64,000 bases of DNA from Pirellulales bacterium (GTDB taxonomy: Bacteria > Planctomycetota > Planctomycetia > Pirellulales > JAICIG01). Of the stretch, positions 52,124 through 63,900 are shown piece by piece. The DNA is taken from NCBI GenBank assembly GCA_040901675.1, contig JBBDYJ010000035.1, positions 64,001-128,000 of the forward strand, written 5' to 3'. A program made the position numbers and the translations under genes. Each line of letters opens with the position of its first letter. Position 1 is the first letter of the stretch. The notes under the pieces are model-generated. The model saw nothing but the letters and a program-made list of their open reading frames with translations. It was not told where the DNA came from and did no database searches.

Positions 52124-55100
52124 TCACCGTTGGCGTTGGAAGGCCGCTTCATGCCGCAGGATCCGTAGTATCCGAGCAAAGCTCGCCTTGCGGTTGATCA
52201 CGGAGAACTGCGAATCGGAGGCGGTCTTTTCAAACGTGGCGAGGATTTCTTGCAGCCGGTCCGAGCCCTCTTGTGGCCGGCCCGCCGCCCGCGCAGCGGC
52301 GATTTGCTCCAGCTCCGACAACCGCAGATATTTGATCCAGCCCGGTCCGTTTCTCGTCGCGTCTAGATCCCGCCTCAGTGCCCGCACGTCGCGCAGCCAC
52401 TGCTGTGAATAGCCGCCAGTGCCGGGTTGCCTGCGAGCCGCCTCTTGTCTCGTCCTTGAACGATCCGCACTGCCGAGCCCCGATCCGTTCCTGGAACTCT
52501 CGGAAGTCCGGCCTTGACCGGCGCTTGCCGCGCTTCTCGCGGCCGGCTTCTGGCTGGGAACAAGCTCCTTTCCCGCCAGTGTGAACAGGTTGCCGCTGGC
52601 CAGATCGGCAGTGTCGATGGCCAAATGCAGGTTGCGCGGCTCGTCCATCACGCGCAGCCGAACCAGCATCTCCATCTTTCCGCCTTCCTGGAAAACCGAC
52701 AATCCCGCGGACAGCCGGGCGCTCTCCACGCGGAGAAGCCGGCCCGAGGCCGCCGCGGCCGTTGCCTTCGCGCCCCACTGGACCGCGTCGCCCGTGGCGT
52801 TGACCGCGAACTGCGAAGCATCCAGAGCGGCCAGTGCCCCATCCCGCGCCACAAACAGCGGGGCCACACGCGGATCAGCGTCCACGGGCGCGGCATGGGC
52901 CAACTCAAAAGCCTTTTGGGTCACTTTCACGGCGGCCAGCGCCACATCGCGGCCGACAAACAGCCCCGCCACGCGCGGATCGGAATCGATCGGGGCCGTG
53001 CCGTGAATCGCCCGAAGTCCATCGTTGGCGACGTTGAGCGCGGCCTGCGCCGTCTTCTGGGCCGCGAACAGGACCACGATTTGCGGATCGGCGTCCACCG
53101 GCACCGCGTTCACGGCCGCGCTGACTGCGTCATACACCTTCGCTTTCGCCTGGTAGGCGAGCCTTTTCACGTCGCGGTCGATTCCCTTCGCGTCCTTGTC
53201 GATGCCCTTGGCAATCTTGTCGAGCCCCGCGGCTTTCTTCCAGGCTGCGACGGCCTTATTGAAAGCCGCCTCGGCTCTGTCCAAGGCGACCTTGGCTCGA
53301 TCCCGATCCGCTTTCACTCCCGCCAGATCCTTGACCCGCTGCGCTTTCACCGCTGCGCGGCGCGCGTTGATCTGCCGGCTGATGCCGTCCAAATCCCGCT
53401 TTGCCTTGCCGATGGCGCCCAGGTGTTGGCCTCGCTCGCGATTCACCTGGGCCCGCATCTTGGCGATGTCCGTATTGATCCGGTTCAGATCGGCTTCGGC
53501 GCGCCGCAGCGCGGCTTCGTTCGTGGCCCGGTCACGCCTCACCTGGGCCCGCGCATTGGCAATGTCGGTATCGATCCGTTGCACGTCCCGCTTGGCTTGT
53601 TCCAAGTCGGCGTCGGCCTTGGCAAAGTCTCGCTCAGCCTGTCTCGCCCAGGCCAGGATGTCGTCCGAGACCTTGCTCTGAAACGAATTGGCAAAGTCAT
53701 TCTTGAACCCGGCCGAAAACTGCCAGGCCGGTCTCTCCAGCGAACTCGTACAGCTCACGTCCACCTCAAACGCGTCGGCCAATCGGCCGACCATGGTCAC
53801 TTCCGACCGTTTGGCATTGAGATCCGCCAGGGCCGCGACGCGATTGCCCAGCAGGTCGCAGCCGCCGCTGGCCCGAAAATGGCTGTCCCTGCTCGCGGCC
53901 AACAGCAAGTCGAGCTTCGCCTCGTGCAGTTGAATGGGGCCCAGTCGGAACTCGCTGACGGTGGCCTTGACCGAGGTCCGCGGCTTGCGGCTCGAAACGT
54001 CCACCAGTGCGTCGACTTCCGCCGCGCGCGAGCCGAACAGGTAGAGCTGGCCCTTGAGTCCTACACCGTTGGGCACGCCCAGCTCCTCCGATCCGCCGGC
54101 GGGCGCATAGAGAACGTCTACTGCCCGCAAATCGAAGTCGGGCAGCAGCACGCCGACCACCCTGGCGTCGATGCCCCCGTGCGCCGCGCTGGCCAGATCG
54201 TTTGCCACCGCCACTAAATCATCTCGAGTCAACGAATCGACCGAACCCCGGAAGAAAACGCTCGGCACGCCTTGGCGCGTCGTCATGCCGCCCGCCACGC
54301 TGACGAGCTTGGCGGCCAGCTTCATATCCCCCTTTACCCCGACCAACATCCGCGGCGGTCCACCGCTGGTGCTTTCGGCGCGCAGCTCCAAGGCCGCCGA
54401 GTGCAGCTCCAAGCCTTGGATACCCAACGCGTTGCGCCAAGGCCCGTCGTCATCGGACCGTGCCGAGATCGCCAGGCCGCTCTTGCCGCCTCTCCCGGCC
54501 GCGTCCCCCAAGAACAAGGCGCGGCAATCGAATCGCCGTTGGTCGCTGCCGCTGCCGACGAGCATGTTGAATGTCACACCCGCCATGGGTCTGCCCGTCA
54601 CCAGCAGCGCCAGATCCTCGATCCGGAAGGCCTCCGGCAAGCCCGCCAGCGTGCCGCTGGCCAGCTTCGCCCGCAGCTCGGCATCTTTGGCCGCCGTGCT
54701 CATCAGCCGGCCTTGCTCGCGCGCCTTGCGGAACGTCTCCTGGTCAAAGTTCTTGAGAATCACGCCTTCGAGCACCAGGTTGTCGATATTCGGCCCCAGC
54801 ATTTGCAGTCCGGCGAGAATCTCCGCGCGCACTTCCACCGCGGTGGCCAGGTTCACACCGTCTTGCACGCTCAGCGAGAAGTCGCCGCTGCCGTAGATGT
54901 CTCGATAAAACTCGCGGACCGCGGGTGCCATCGACGCCGACGAAACCGTCAAGCGATGGCGTGAGAAAATGACTACCGGCGTGGCCATCTGCAGTCCTTG
55001 GCCGGCGATTGTTCCCACCGCCGGGATCAACTGGTCCAGGTTCTGAGTGGGCAACCGCCACGCTAACAGCCACTGCCCCACGCCCCCCGCTGATTTCTCC

Positions 55101-55402
55101 ACGTACTGCAGCAGCACGGGAGCATCCTGCCCCGCAAACGTCGCCGTGCCGGCCACGCTTCCATCGCTGCCAACCCGCGGCGTCTGAATCGTGATATCGG
55201 CCAGGTAGGTGTCTTTGAAGGCGGCGATCTCCCCCAGCGCGATTTTGCCTTGCGCTGCCGCCGCCGTGCGGAATTCTTCGGCCAGCTCGGCCGGTGCTGC
55301 AGCACAGACCGCGCCCCACGTTGCGACCAATGCTTGCACCGTTGCGACCTCAATCCAGCGGCGAGCGGTTCGACGGCGGATAGGTATCATGACGTGTCGC
55401 AT
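52124..55402 (-). CDS. Large exported hypothetical protein: beta-rich N-terminal region plus nested coiled-coil repeats
   Basis: 1092-aa ORF, AAGGAG RBS, signal-like N-terminus, 3x L..A..D...I...I...RA.V...R and 3x P(V/I)D(A/S)DP repeats. Confidence 0.8.
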   Translation of the reverse strand: MRHVMIPIRRRTARRWIEVATVQALVATWGAVCAAAPAELAEEFRTAAAAQGKIALGEIAAFKDTYLADITIQTPRVGSDGSVAGTATFAGQDAPVLLQYVEKSAGGVGQWLLAWRLPTQNLDQLIPAVGTIAGQGLQMATPVVIFSRHRLTVSSASMAPAVREFYRDIYGSGDFSLSVQDGVNLATAVEVRAEILAGLQMLGPNIDNLVLEGVILKNFDQETFRKAREQGRLMSTAAKDAELRAKLASGTLAGLPEAFRIEDLALLVTGRPMAGVTFNMLVGSGSDQRRFDCRALFLGDAAGRGGKSGLAISARSDDDGPWRNALGIQGLELHSAALELRAESTSGGPPRMLVGVKGDMKLAAKLVSVAGGMTTRQGVPSVFFRGSVDSLTRDDLVAVANDLASAAHGGIDARVVGVLLPDFDLRAVDVLYAPAGGSEELGVPNGVGLKGQLYLFGSRAAEVDALVDVSSRKPRTSVKATVSEFRLGPIQLHEAKLDLLLAASRDSHFRASGGCDLLGNRVAALADLNAKRSEVTMVGRLADAFEVDVSCTSSLERPAWQFSAGFKNDFANSFQSKVSDDILAWARQAERDFAKADADLEQAKRDVQRIDTDIANARAQVRRDRATNEAALRRAEADLNRINTDIAKMRAQVNRERGQHLGAIGKAKRDLDGISRQINARRAAVKAQRVKDLAGVKADRDRAKVALDRAEAAFNKAVAAWKKAAGLDKIAKGIDKDAKGIDRDVKRLAYQAKAKVYDAVSAAVNAVPVDADPQIVVLFAAQKTAQAALNVANDGLRAIHGTAPIDSDPRVAGLFVGRDVALAAVKVTQKAFELAHAAPVDADPRVAPLFVARDGALAALDASQFAVNATGDAVQWGAKATAAAASGRLLRVESARLSAGLSVFQEGGKMEMLVRLRVMDEPRNLHLAIDTADLASGNLFTLAGKELVPSQKPAARSAASAGQGRTSESSRNGSGLGSADRSRTRQEAARRQPGTGGYSQQWLRDVRALRRDLDATRNGPGWIKYLRLSELEQIAAARAAGRPQEGSDRLQEILATFEKTASDSQFSVINRKASFARILRILRHEAAFQRQR

Positions 55403-55681
55403 TCAAAACTCCTTCCCTTGGGAACGGCCCGATAGAGCAATCGCAGCCGCGACCCAGCAAGAAATGACAAGACCGCCGGACCGATGCGGGTTACCGGGGC
55501 AGCACGGACCAGCGCCGATTCCAACGCCGAACTTGCTTGTGACCGTCTCTTCAGCCCTTCGGGCCGCCGCTGGCTTGGATCCCGGCGGCTAGAGCACGCG
55601 CCAAAAGCATGGCGACCACCTGGGGCCGTTCTCCCGAGGGGCGTGAGGCCAGGATCGTCTCCAAGCGATCTGGCGCACTGT

Positions 55682-55718
55682 GCACGGCAGGGGCGCCACG
55701 CACGGCAGGGGCGCCACG
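55682..55718. repeat. Perfect 18-bp tandem duplication
   Basis: GCACGGCAGGGGCGCCAC x2. Confidence 0.9.
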
Positions 55719-55954
55719 TGGCCCTGCGGCGACGAACGGACGATCTCCCAGGGCCGGCTGCCGGGCGGCGACCCGCCACGCGGGCGGCGTGATCGTCCTC
55801 CCTGGGGCGCGAGGGGTTGCCCGGCGTCTGATGCTTCACTCTTCCGCCCTCGCTCACGTTGCGGCCCAGAGGATGCGTGCGATCGACCTGCCCATTGCAG
55901 GTTCGAGTCGGGTTGGCTCCGTGAACGGAGCCGTTCCTGCTTGGCAGGCCCTTG

Positions 55955-55982
55955 AGCATACGGGAACAGGCCCCGATGTCCA
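55955..55982 (-). promoter_or_regulatory. Sigma70-type promoter facing the 550-nt intergenic region
   Basis: TGGACA-N16-TATGCT on the minus strand. Confidence 0.45.
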
Positions 55983-56003
55983 GTAGAAAACCAGACTCTG
56001 TCT

Positions 56004-56871
56004 TCAAACCAGCCGGTCCAGCGCCTCCAACGCCACACGCCAACGCGGATGGCTCTCGCAGTAGGTCTCCCACCAGTCGCCGAGCAGCGTGGCCAGGTCG
56101 ACGGGCCCCGCCCGATCCAAATGCCAGGCCTCCAACGCGCGGGCCAAGGGCCGCTCGCCCGGCGCGATCAGCTCGACCTCCTGGGCGGCGTCCAGCACGG
56201 CCGGGACCATCGCCAGCAGCGCTACGCGGTGCAGCCGCTGACGAGAGATGTTCTCCGAGAACTTCGGCAAGTCGCTGTTGAGCACCGACAACAGCCAACC
56301 CAAACGCACCACCTCCGGCAGCTCGGCCATCGGGGTCGCCGGCATGCCCTCGAAGATCACCAGGTTGTAGGCGGCGTAGGCAGCCCCGCCGCCGCCCGTG
56401 GCCGGGTGCACCAGCACCACGTCGGCCCGCTCGGCGATCAGCCCGGGCTCGGTGCGGCGGCCCACGGCGCCCAGCAGCCCGCCGCCGCGGGCTTCCCACT
56501 GCCCGCGGATCGGGCCGGCCCGCGCGGCCAGCTCGTCGAGCAGGCCGGGCAGCGCGGCGGCATACGCCTGCTTGAGCGCGATCAGCCAGGCCGGCCAGAC
56601 TGCCCACGAGCGCCTCGGCCTTCTCGCGGCCGATTGTCTTGGTGAGGCTCAGCGAGGCCAGCTCGCGCTGGTTCTCATAGCCGACCGATAGCGGCACCAG
56701 GTGTCCGAAGAAGGTGTCCAGGTCGATGCCCGCCCCGGAAAGTCCCTCGCCCAGCGCCGCGGCCGGCTGCGCCAACGCTTCGGCCAGCCGTGCCTCGGCC
56801 AGCGGTTGGCCGCGGACCAGGTCCTCGGCCGCGTGGAAGCAGCCGGCCGATACGCTAGCGAGCCAACGCAA
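56004..56871 (-). pseudogene. Conserved-looking hypothetical gene split by a 1-nt frameshift near 56590
   Basis: LRWLASVSAGCFHAA...GSLAG in one frame continues as WLIALKQAY...WEARGGGLL..HPATGGGG..EVVRLGWLLS in another. Confidence 0.7.
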
Positions 56872-56875
56872 CGGA

Positions 56876-57032
56876 GGATCTTGGTGCTTGGTGCTTGGCA
56901 CTTTGGTGCTTGGATCTTGGTGCTTGGTACTTGGTACTGGGTGCTTGGTGCTTGGTGCTTGGGAAGGGCTCCGGCGTCCAAAGTCCAAAGGCCCAAGTCC
57001 CAAGACCCAAGATCCAAGAACAAAGACCTAAG
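56876..57032. repeat. Inverted pair of heptamer STRR tracts
   Basis: (GGTGCTT)-type x~12, 14-nt spacer, then (..CCAAG)-type x~8. Confidence 0.88.
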
Positions 57033-57161
57033 TGCTACCCCGCAAGGGCCGCCCCCGCTAAGATACGCTATTCTTTCATTCGCGACGGCCCCGATCCATT
57101 CATCCGGCGGCCCTTTTCTGCCCTGCCGCAATCGAAAATCAAAAACCCCACGGAGCCGCTG

Positions 57162-59072
<1,911 letters not shown>

Positions 59073-59372
59073 GGACATGTCATTGGTCCTTTGTCATTGG
59101 TCCTTTGTCATTGGTCCTTTGTCATTGGTCATTAGCCGTTTGCAGGGCTACACGTACCTGGAAGACCAGTGAGCGTCTTCGGACCGCCGCGCCGCCCGCG
59201 TCGACGGCTTTTTCGCCCCTTGGTGGCAAACCGGCCGCCGCTGGCCTATAATTGCTAACACCTTGCAATCCCGCCTGTTGCGCTTCGCGCGGGTCGCCCC
59301 ACGGCCCTCCTGCTAGATCCGCACCGACCCGACAATCCAAAAGTTCGCGACCACGGCCGCTGGAACCCCAGA

Positions 59373-60767
59373 ATGCACAATCGCGCCACGCCTGCCTCTG
59401 AACGCCATGCGATCTTGGACCTTGGATCTTGGAACTTAGAGCTTGGATCTTGGACCTTATGTCTTGGAGTGGCGGGCAGGCTCGCCGAAAATCGCGCCCG
59501 AAAGCTCCTGGTCTTGGCCGCCTTGGGCATGTGCGGCTGCAATTCCTCGCGCGAGGCATCTGACGCCGGCCAAGCGGCTGCAACGCCCCAGGCGGTCGAA
59601 GTCGCCGCGGTCCAGGTACGAAGCTGGCCGAAAACGGTCAGGGCCCAGGGGAGCATGATCGGCGACGAGCATGCCGTGATCGGCGTCAAGGTGGCCGGCC
59701 GGGTGCGGGAAGTCATGGTCGACCTGGGGTCGGTCGTGTCGGCCGGCGACGTGCTGGCCAGGCTGGAAGCCGAAGATTTCGACCTCCGGGTGCAACAGGC
59801 CGAAGCACAGATCAACCAGGCGCGGGCCGCCTTGGGCCTGAAGCCCGGCGACGACGATGAGCGGCTCGACCGCACGAAAGTGCCGCTGGTCCTGCAGGAG
59901 CGAGCCTTGCTCGACGAGGCCCGCTTGAACGACGAGCGCGCCCGGCAGCTTATCGAGAAAAACGTGATCACCACCGCCGAGCTGCAGGCGACCGAGGCGG
60001 CCTTGCGGGTGGCCGAAGCACGGTTCGAGTCGGCCCTGAATAGCGTGGAAGAGCAGCTTGCGACCCTGGCGGTGCGCAAGGCCGAGCTGGCGGTGGCCAG
60101 GCAGTCGCAGTCCGATGCGGTCATCCGGGCCCCGTTTTCAGGGGTGGTGCAGCAGCGGCACGTGGGCCCCGGCGTCTATCTGAACGTCGGCCAGCCGGTG
60201 GCGGCCTTGGTGCGCACCGATCCCTTGAGGTTCCGCGCGGGGGTTCCGGAACGGCAGTCGGCCCGGCTGGCGGTGGGGCAGGCCGTGCGATTGTCGGTGG
60301 AAGGCATGGAACAACCGATCGAAGCCCGGATCTCGCGGATCAGTCCGGCCCTGGATCTTTCGAACCGTTCGTTGACCATCGAGGCCGACGTCGCCAATCC
60401 CAACTTCGCCCTGCGGAGCGGCTTGTTCGCGGAGGCCGAAATCGTGATTGACGCGGGGCAGCGGGCCTTGGCCGTGCCCGCGCCGGCCGTTGTGGAGTTT
60501 GCCGGCGTGGAAAAGGTATGGCTGGTTCGCAAGGGCCAGGCCGGCGAGCAACGGGTGCGGACGGGCCGCCGCAACGGCCAATGGATCGAGATCCTCGATG
60601 GCTTGCAGGAAGGCGACCAGGTCGTGGCCCGCGGCGAGCAAGGCCGGGCCGGCCAGGTCACGGTGCTGATCGAGCCGGGGGGCACGATCGAAGCCGGCGA
60701 CTCCGGGCTGGTCCGGGGTAAAGAGGACCCGCCTTCCGTAAAAGGGTTGCCCGCCGTGGGAGGCTGA
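59373..60767 (+). CDS. RND periplasmic adaptor (MFP); start may be GTG 59469
   Basis: LGMCGC lipobox, VKVAGRV, IRAPFSG, LRSGLFAE, GLQEGDQVV. Confidence 0.88.
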   Translation: MHNRATPASERHAILDLGSWNLELGSWTLCLGVAGRLAENRARKLLVLAALGMCGCNSSREASDAGQAAATPQAVEVAAVQVRSWPKTVRAQGSMIGDEHAVIGVKVAGRVREVMVDLGSVVSAGDVLARLEAEDFDLRVQQAEAQINQARAALGLKPGDDDERLDRTKVPLVLQERALLDEARLNDERARQLIEKNVITTAELQATEAALRVAEARFESALNSVEEQLATLAVRKAELAVARQSQSDAVIRAPFSGVVQQRHVGPGVYLNVGQPVAALVRTDPLRFRAGVPERQSARLAVGQAVRLSVEGMEQPIEARISRISPALDLSNRSLTIEADVANPNFALRSGLFAEAEIVIDAGQRALAVPAPAVVEFAGVEKVWLVRKGQAGEQRVRTGRRNGQWIEILDGLQEGDQVVARGEQGRAGQVTVLIEPGGTIEAGDSGLVRGKEDPPSVKGLPAVGG

Positions 60768-60770
60768 GGG

Positions 60771-60890
60771 GGGCAGAAGGAGGAAGGAGGAAGGAGGAAG
60801 GCAGAGGGCAGAAGGAGGAAGGCAGAAGGCGTCAGACGCATTCGTTCGCCTTGTCGCCTGGGTCACGCTGACGCTTTGACCCAGCCACCC
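60771..60890. repeat. Heptamer tract (AAGGAGG/AAGGCAG) plus a REP copy on the minus strand
   Basis: Tract 60771-60830; GGGTGGCTGGGTCAAAGCGTCAGCGTGACCCAG on the minus strand at 60858-60890. Confidence 0.85.
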
Positions 60891-60921
60891 TGCCGCGAGT
60901 CGCAACCAGAGGAGCTTTGCA

Positions 60922-63900
60922 TTGCAGTGGCTTGCCCGGATCTGCGTTGGGCGTCCCGTGTTCGCGGTGATGCTGGTGATGGCCTTTGTCGTGGCCGGCG
61001 CCGCCTCTTACGGGGAGCTTGGCGTGGATCGCTTCCCCGACATGGACATGCCGACGGTGATGGTGCGCACGGTGTACGTGGGCGCGGCGCCGGAGGAAGT
61101 CGAGTCGGAGATCACGCAGGTGCTCGAGGACGCGGTCGCCACGGTGGAGGGGATCGACGAGCTTCGCTCCATCTCCGGCGAGGGCACGTCGTTTTTGCTG
61201 CTGACGTTCAATCTCGACCGGCAGATCGACGCCGCGACGCAGGACGTGCGGGACGCGGTCGGCAGCGTGCTCAACCTGTTGCCGCCGGACACCGACCCGC
61301 CCGTCATTCGCAAGCGCGATCTCGACTCGTCGCCCATTATGTCCCTGGCCGTTTCCGGACAGCGGACCAGCCGCGAGCTGTACCTGCTGGCGGAGCGCTA
61401 CGTGAAGAACGTGATCGAGTCGGCCCACGGCGTCGGCGAGGTGTCCATTGCGGGAGCGGCCGACCGGGCCGTGCAGGTCGATATCGAGTCGCGGCGTCTG
61501 GCCGCCTACCAGTTGTCGATCATGCAGGTCCGCGACGCCCTGGCGCGGCAGAACACCGAGGTTCCCGGGGGGCGGGTCGATGCGGGTATCCGCGAGCTGA
61601 ACCTGCGGACGCTGGGACGGCTGGACCACACCCGCGAGTTTGCCGACCTGGTGGTCGCCACCACCGAGGGCGCCTCGGTGCGGCTGCGTGACCTGGGCGA
61701 GGTCACCGACGGCTCCAAGGAAGTGCGGACCTTGGCCAGGCTGGACGGCACCCCGGCGGTGGTCCTGGAGGTGCAGCGGCAGTCGGGCGCCAACACGGTC
61801 GAAGTCATCGAAGCCGTGAAAGAGCGCTTGGGCCGCAGCCGCGAGCTGCTGCCCGCCGGAGTCGAGGTCGACGTCATCCAGGACCAGTCGCGGTACATCA
61901 ACGCGGCCATGGACGAGGTGCAAAAGCATCTGATTTCTGGGAGCATCCTGGCCAGCCTGGTGGTGCTCCTGTTCATGCGATCCTGGCGGTCGATGTTGAT
62001 CGCCTCGATCGCCATCCCGGCCTCGATCATCTCCACGTTTGCCGCTATGCGCGCGCTGGATTTCACGCTCAACAACATGACGATGCTGGCGCTGGTGCTG
62101 ATGGTCGGCGTGGTGATCGACGACGCGATCGTGGTGCTGGAGAACATCTTCCGCTGTATCGAGGAAAAAGGCATGCCGCCGGTCCAGGCGGCCATCGAAG
62201 GGACGCGGGAAATCGGCCTGGCCGTGCTGGCCACAACTCTGTCGCTGGTGATCGTCTTTCTGCCCGTGTCGTTCCTGTCCAGCGTGACGGGCCGCATGCT
62301 CTACCAGTTCGGCATGACGGCCACGGTGGCGATCATGATCTCGTTGTTGGTCAGCTTTACGTTGACGCCCATGATGTGCAGCCGCATGCTGCGGGTCGGG
62401 CACCAGGCGGGCAAGGGGCCGGCCTCGCGGCGTGGCTTCTACCATTGGCTGGAGGCCGGCTACATGGTCTGTCTCAAGTGGTCCATGCGGCACCGCTGGA
62501 TCGTTTGCGCCGTCGCGCTGATGGTCATCGCCGCCAACGTGCCGCTCTATCAGTGGGTGATGCAGGATTACCTGCCGACGAACGTGGACGAATCGGAGTT
62601 CGAAATCAGCATCGAGGCCCCCGAGGGCGCGTCGCTGGCGTCGATGGATCAGACGATGCAGGCCGTCGAGGAGCAGCTCCGCTCGATGCCGGGCGTGGTT
62701 CACTTGCTGGCTGTCGTCGGCAGCCGCGGCATTGCCCGCGTCAACCGCGCCAACGTGTACGTGCGGCTGGACGACATCGAACAGCGGACGTTCTCCCTGG
62801 GACGCCTGGTCCGCGCGACGCTGGCCGGCCGTCCCCAGGCCGCCTGGCGGGGAAACTATTCACAGCGCGACAAGATGCAGCAGGTCCGCGATCGCCTGGC
62901 CCAGTTCAGCGAGCTGCGGGTCGCCGTCCGCAACCTGACCTCGCTCCGCCAGGGCGCGCCCGTCGACATCGACTTCTCGATCACCGGACCCAACGTGCTG
63001 GTGTTGGCCCAGTTCAGCGACCAGTTGCGAGAAAAAGTCTCGCGGATCCCCGGCATCGTCGATGCCGACACCACGATGCGCCTCGACAAGCCGGAGCTAC
63101 GAGTCGAGATCGATCGCGAGCGGGCCGCGGCCCTGGGGGTGGAAGTCCAGGAGATCGCCGAAACGCTGCGCGTCGCGGTGGGCGGCGACGATCGCGTCTC
63201 GCGTTTTCACGATGCGCTGATCAACGACGCCTTCGACGTCGAGCTGCGGCTGGTCGGCATCGACCGCAGCAACCGTGACGCCATCTCGCAGCTTTACGTC
63301 CGCGCCCGACCGATGCAAAGCACCCGGGTCCGCGGAGCTCCGACACCATCCGGCGCCGAACCGCCCGCCGGCCTGACGCGGCTGGACAACGTGGTCCGCT
63401 TCCACTACGGAGAGTCTGCCCCCCGCATCGATCGCCTCGACCGGCAGCGCATGGTCGCCGTGCGGACCAACATCGCTCCGGGATACGCGCTGGCCGACCG
63501 CATCCAAGCGGTCCACCAGGCCGCGGAAGAACTGGGGGTGCCGGCTGGGTGCAGCACGCGCGTCTTGGGCCGCGGCCGCGAGCTGGAACGCACGCTGGCC
63601 GACTTCGCCTGGACCTTTGCGATGTCGTTCATCTTCATGTACATCGTGCTGGCGGCCCAGTTCGAGCACCTAGTGCACCCGCTGACGATCATGATCTCGC
63701 TGCCGATGGCCGTGCCCTTCGGGCTGATCAGCCTGTGGCTGGGAGGCGAGAGCTTGAACTTGTTTTCGGCGATGGGCATCCTGGTGCTGTTCGGCGTGGT
63801 GAAGAAGGCCTCGATCCTGCAGGTCGATCACACCAACCAACTGCGGGCCGCGGGAATGGACCGCCTACCGGCCATCCTGCAAGCCAATCGCGATCGCCTG

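Noticed and set aside
55896..55915. GCAGGTTCGAGTC, tRNA T-loop-like
   Set aside because: No closing T-stem, acceptor stem or anticodon arm; not a tRNA or tmRNA end
59242..59256. TGGCCTATAATTGC as a sigma54 promoter
   Set aside because: GG-to-GC spacing is 9, not 10; more likely just a TATAAT -10 box
60832..62703. 623-aa minus-strand ORF
   Set aside because: Antisense shadow of the RND permease starting at 60922
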